Shown: piece by piece, positions 26,301 through 28,507 of the stretch | Layout of the letters: the number at the start of each line of letters is the position of its first letter | Position numbering within the stretch: position 1 is the stretch's first letter | From: Bacteriovoracaceae bacterium | GTDB taxonomy: Bacteria; Bdellovibrionota; Bacteriovoracia; Bacteriovoracales; Bacteriovoracaceae | Length of the DNA: 28,507 bases | Assembly (NCBI GenBank): GCA_041586955.1 | Contig: JBFGZE010000038.1 | Location: forward strand, 1 to 28,507 | Reading direction: 5' to 3' | The notes under the pieces: generated by a model | Told to the model about the DNA's origin: nothing | Seen by the model: only the letters and a program-made list of their open reading frames with translations | Database searches by the model: none | Translations under genes and position numbers: made by a program

Positions 26301-27356
26301 TTTGGTTTTAAATGGCAGCAACTTATTTTTTTCTGTATTAAAGAAGCGAAATCCTGTTGCAATCCTGGCGGAACCATTATTATTAAAGTAATCGGCCGTT
26401 ACTAGCTCTAGATAATTATGATTGTGTTTAATTTTTAATTCTAATTTGTCGCCTGCTAAGTATCCGACATTAAACTCTGTCAACTCGATACTTGATTCCG
26501 ACAACTCGAAATTCCGTAAGCTTTTTATTCTCAAGTCTGCTTTAATAAACCCTGCATGAGCATATTGCCCTTTTTTCACCATAAAATCTAAAATTGGAGT
26601 TAATTCCCCATTATAATTCACCTCACCCTTGAAATCCCAGCCATCACCTTTTAACTTCGCCTCTCCTGAGCCAAATAGAGCGTCTTCTTTTAACTTTGCA
26701 TGGAATTTTCGCAAACGAATTTTATCTTTTTCGCACTGAATATCAAATTCAATCTCGTCGAGCTTAAGTTCTTCAAGAGTCTTGTGAATGTTATTAAGTC
26801 TATTCACAATTCCATTAACGATAATATTGTCCTTAAAATATCCTAGACGCGTATGTGGAATATTAATTAAAACAATTCCATTTTGCTTTATGATAGTTCT
26901 TCTTAAGTAAACCTCACGTAGATGATAAGTGAAGTCAGTAGTAAATATTGAACCATAGAGTTCACTCAACATTGTCATATTTAACTTTTCACTTTTCTTA
27001 CCATTTTTTTTAAATTCGACCACCCCATCATCAATAAAGACCTTCGATATGCTCAAGCGATTTGTAATGAAATCGAGTATACTAAAATAGATACCTAACG
27101 AGTTAGCGGTAATGCTCGCATCAGTTTTTTTATTTCTAACATTCGCTTCAATTATTTTTGTCCCTAAGGGGAAAAGTGAAAATTCAATTCTTTTAAAAGA
27201 AACTTCGGCATCAAGCTGCTTCGTCGCAATTTCTGTAATGCGCTTTGAAATGATGCTTGCTACAAATTCTGTCTGTATACCTTTCCATGCGACTAATATT
27301 AAGAGAGTCACCATTGATAAAAATAAGATAAGTATTTTATTAATTCTAATTTTCAT
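23343..27356 (-). CDS. tamB: Translocation/assembly module TamB-family (AsmA-like, DUF490) protein
   Basis: N-terminal TM anchor from ATG 27356, long beta-taco-type sequence, DUF490-like LDSDPPLGQEDIFSLLTLG and C-terminal GADLKIRWNF; adjacent to the Omp85 gene. The ORF-track start 27437 lies inside the upstream gene. Confidence 0.88.
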   Translation of the reverse strand: MKIRINKILILFLSMVTLLILVAWKGIQTEFVASIISKRITEIATKQLDAEVSFKRIEFSLFPLGTKIIEANVRNKKTDASITANSLGIYFSILDFITNRLSISKVFIDDGVVEFKKNGKKSEKLNMTMLSELYGSIFTTDFTYHLREVYLRRTIIKQNGIVLINIPHTRLGYFKDNIIVNGIVNRLNNIHKTLEELKLDEIEFDIQCEKDKIRLRKFHAKLKEDALFGSGEAKLKGDGWDFKGEVNYNGELTPILDFMVKKGQYAHAGFIKADLRIKSLRNFELSESSIELTEFNVGYLAGDKLELKIKHNHNYLELVTADYFNNNGSARIATGFRFFNTEKNKLLPFKTKLIADKLHSNDFLYAIKDNLGAFKTRVSGAIGVEYGVNGSYWFRPQEGTLLGGIVLDFNSENYLLNTKEFTIGKGTSFQLDKKLNFHLDAKLSSGWTNLHAEGIISDKNTEIKVQDGQLDIQDLGQIAGIDIRGKGSLDLDISGPHDKVLFKFNTEIENFETVGYKLGKAQCNFAIDLDRKKIYSETFTSSFEGVEYKGNFTFNYGDNNKFKINSHISEGNFKSTLKMVTPLSAKFKDQLSLMNFDFSADYTFEGDFSKEQYIFNGKVTGKNYVVLTEDFPRINFDISFKDNIFSITNLVAKKNSGKVVGQFFTNVKTGFMEYKSSVISIPVDQLSTLRSFSPGMRAELQGNFEGAGTEQSFSTKSNLQLIKASVGGRKLRDSFVSVYNNGPDVFIDAEFLDKVAKVESYINLNPSESVRNKKSYIKANLNEKDFQRLAGLISEHNLFENDLEGEVGVSLYSTFDINRIENLDFDLTINNFKIKKQNEYIESNPNFNRIIVENGKIQKWNVLLKTSKGVVKSIGNGGLNKNFKIVQNFQLPFNMTRLIHPIIENPKGIVWGRNIFSGVRGKWNNFVELGGKDIGFKLKPLNSLFDGIAVSSVFENNTLIVEYVEGQFGQGKLKLDSKIEFRFPYPIVDIYIGLEESRLPFFEQSYLVGNADINIRGSRFPYSAEGKVDLYSGELRDDLRKLSKGSWKDESYVKYVPRAENLFSKLLDSRLQIRSINPLRIKNNLTDLYLDIDTNLKGKIQKPIVTGEMSLSEKNISRFMFKGHDFVLSHGRIIFDGKDEDITPEINFTGTSKIGEFDIHLNVSGPIDKIVIGLDSDPPLGQEDIFSLLTLGFTNTHTSSLQERERQSITTLSLGSLLFDQLNINEGLGRTMGLRLSLEPEFEQDEDSLLYGLKDGDSSGRYKTSTKIKIKKKLSKKVDMAVSSTFGGTLEEKQEMNINYNLNEIMSLEGVYEIKSTQEDEIDENSLGADLKIRWNF

Positions 27357-28347
27357 CAATAAATTTCTCGATAGACAGATCTTGATCAATAAACTTAACA
27401 AAGGCATCAAAATAATCTCTATTTTTTGCCAGCTCATCCTTTTTAATGTTTTTTAGGAGAATTTTCAAATCACCTATGGTTTCGGTATGACTAAAGTATG
27501 GCCCCGCTCCATCTTCTAATTTTTCTAATTTATAAGGAATTTTTTTTGTTTCAAATCTATTGGGAGAAGTGTTCTTGTATATGTCTTCTCCTAAGTCAAC
27601 AGTCCTGTTCTTACTGAAGTCGCTTGACCCTTGAATAAGGTTATCTAATAATCCATCATTTTTACGACAATCTGCCAGTTTTTTAATTAATGCCAATATG
27701 TTTTGCGGAAGTTCTTTATTAATCAATAATTGATCCATACAAATTTTAACTAAAATCTTTTGCTCATTCTTGAGTTCCTTCAATTCTTTAGCATCAAGAG
27801 ATAGTAAAAAGTCTAATTTTATTTGGACCAGTTTTTCTTTTTTTCCCCAAATTTCGTATAGTTCATTAATTAAAAATCTATTATTAACAAGCTCTATAAC
27901 ATCGCTACTTAACTCTCCACTAAAAAAGCCGCAGTAAAGTAAGACACCTGCTAAGGGGGGTTCTATCGTTTTGGGAAGAGACTCTATGCCAAGAGGCTGT
28001 CTATTTTCGAAATAAATTTTAATAATATGCTGTTTGAGCTCTTTGGCCAAACGAACTTCACCACTTTGCAATAAAAGCTCGGTAACTCTATTTAAGTATT
28101 GAAAGTTTTTAGTCTTTAAAAATAAAAACGTATTTAAAGGCAGACTCTCTTTAAATGGCAGACTTAAAATTTTTAATTGTTCGAACTCTTTTTTAGAAAA
28201 TTCAATTTTGTTATATTTTAATAAAGTTGAAAGAAAAAAATTAAAAGAAGAGAGAGGCAGTTCACTTGCAGACTCAAAAAAAGCTTTCTTCGCGAAGGAA
28301 TAATTTTTGGCACCAATTTCTTTTAAGAACAACTCTTCCTGAATCAT
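27346..28347 (-). CDS. Hypothetical all-helical protein, possibly degenerate TPR (positional equivalent of SgmX/Bd2492)
   Basis: 333 aa from ATG 28347 with SD GGAG; weak TPR-like segments (IGAKNYSFAKKAF, LLLQSGEVRLAKEL); lies between accC and tamB and overlaps tamB by 11 nt. Confidence 0.6.
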   Translation of the reverse strand: MIQEELFLKEIGAKNYSFAKKAFFESASELPLSSFNFFLSTLLKYNKIEFSKKEFEQLKILSLPFKESLPLNTFLFLKTKNFQYLNRVTELLLQSGEVRLAKELKQHIIKIYFENRQPLGIESLPKTIEPPLAGVLLYCGFFSGELSSDVIELVNNRFLINELYEIWGKKEKLVQIKLDFLLSLDAKELKELKNEQKILVKICMDQLLINKELPQNILALIKKLADCRKNDGLLDNLIQGSSDFSKNRTVDLGEDIYKNTSPNRFETKKIPYKLEKLEDGAGPYFSHTETIGDLKILLKNIKKDELAKNRDYFDAFVKFIDQDLSIEKFIDEN

Positions 28348-28397
28348 CAACACTCCGAATCATTCCTTTGATTCTAAACATTTACGCTTCTTATAGT

Positions 28398-28507
28398 TTA
28401 CTTCAAAAGAGTCTGGAGAAAATTGGTAGAGTAATTATTTCCTATAAAATTCTCATTCTGAATGATTCGTAAATGCAGGGATTTATTAGTTTTTATTCCC
28501 TCAATAA
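28398..28507 (-). CDS. accC: Acetyl-CoA carboxylase biotin carboxylase, 3' end only
   Basis: Not in the ORF track. Minus frame from 28505 reads IEGIKTNKSLHLRIIQNENFIGNNYSTNFLQTLLK*, matching the biotin carboxylase C-terminus (I.GIKTN..L...I...ENF..G.....yL). Confidence 0.75.
   Translation of the reverse strand, partial: IEGIKTNKSLHLRIIQNENFIGNNYSTNFLQTLLK

Noticed and set aside
27357..27437. N-terminal extension of TamB
   Set aside because: Lies inside the upstream gene; ATG 27356 places the TM anchor at the N-terminus.
28266..28472. 68-aa + strand ORF
   Set aside because: Antisense to accC and the 333-aa ORF; no recognisable features.
28356..28475. Crossed inverted repeats CGAATCATTC/GAATGATTCG and CATTTACG/CGTAAATG suggesting a pseudoknot or switch near the SD
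   Set aside because: The distal halves lie inside the accC coding frame and overlap each other; they are short AT-rich matches that could be chance, and covariation cannot be assessed here.
1..28507. CRISPR arrays, tRNA/rRNA, IS elements, prophage or defence genes
   Set aside because: No repeat-spacer periodicity, cloverleaf, or transposase/integrase motif was seen by eye; the intergenic gaps are short and mostly accounted for.

Overview
AT-rich, densely coding chromosomal window. Gene content and order point to a predatory Bdellovibrionota (Bacteriovorax/Halobacteriovorax-like) genome; this is inferred, not proven. Left arm, mostly + strand: partial Cys-rich zinc-finger gene, greA, recG, FHA-like gene, alpha/beta hydrolase, a convergent TIGR04552/TIGR04562-like gene carrying all five RelA/SpoT synthetase motifs, pgpA, recA, recX, alaS, an orphan family-5 ABC substrate-binding lipoprotein, a FlgT_C-like exported protein, a stand-alone H-box (DHp) microprotein, a hypothetical and rpoZ. 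Right arm, - strand: 3' end of accC, a degenerate TPR-like gene at the sgmX/bd2492 position, tamB, a multi-POTRA Omp85, rplM-rpsI, then a sigma28-type promoter upstream of a TIMP/NTR-like OB-fold protein and a prodomain-less matrixin metalloprotease with a Cys/Gly-rich C-terminal sorting-like tail, and finally an AMIN-like gene and lon. No rRNA, tRNA, CRISPR or mobile element was seen. The best candidates for new biology are the sigma28 OB-fold/matrixin pair, the divergent alarmone-synthetase-like enzyme and the stand-alone DHp protein.
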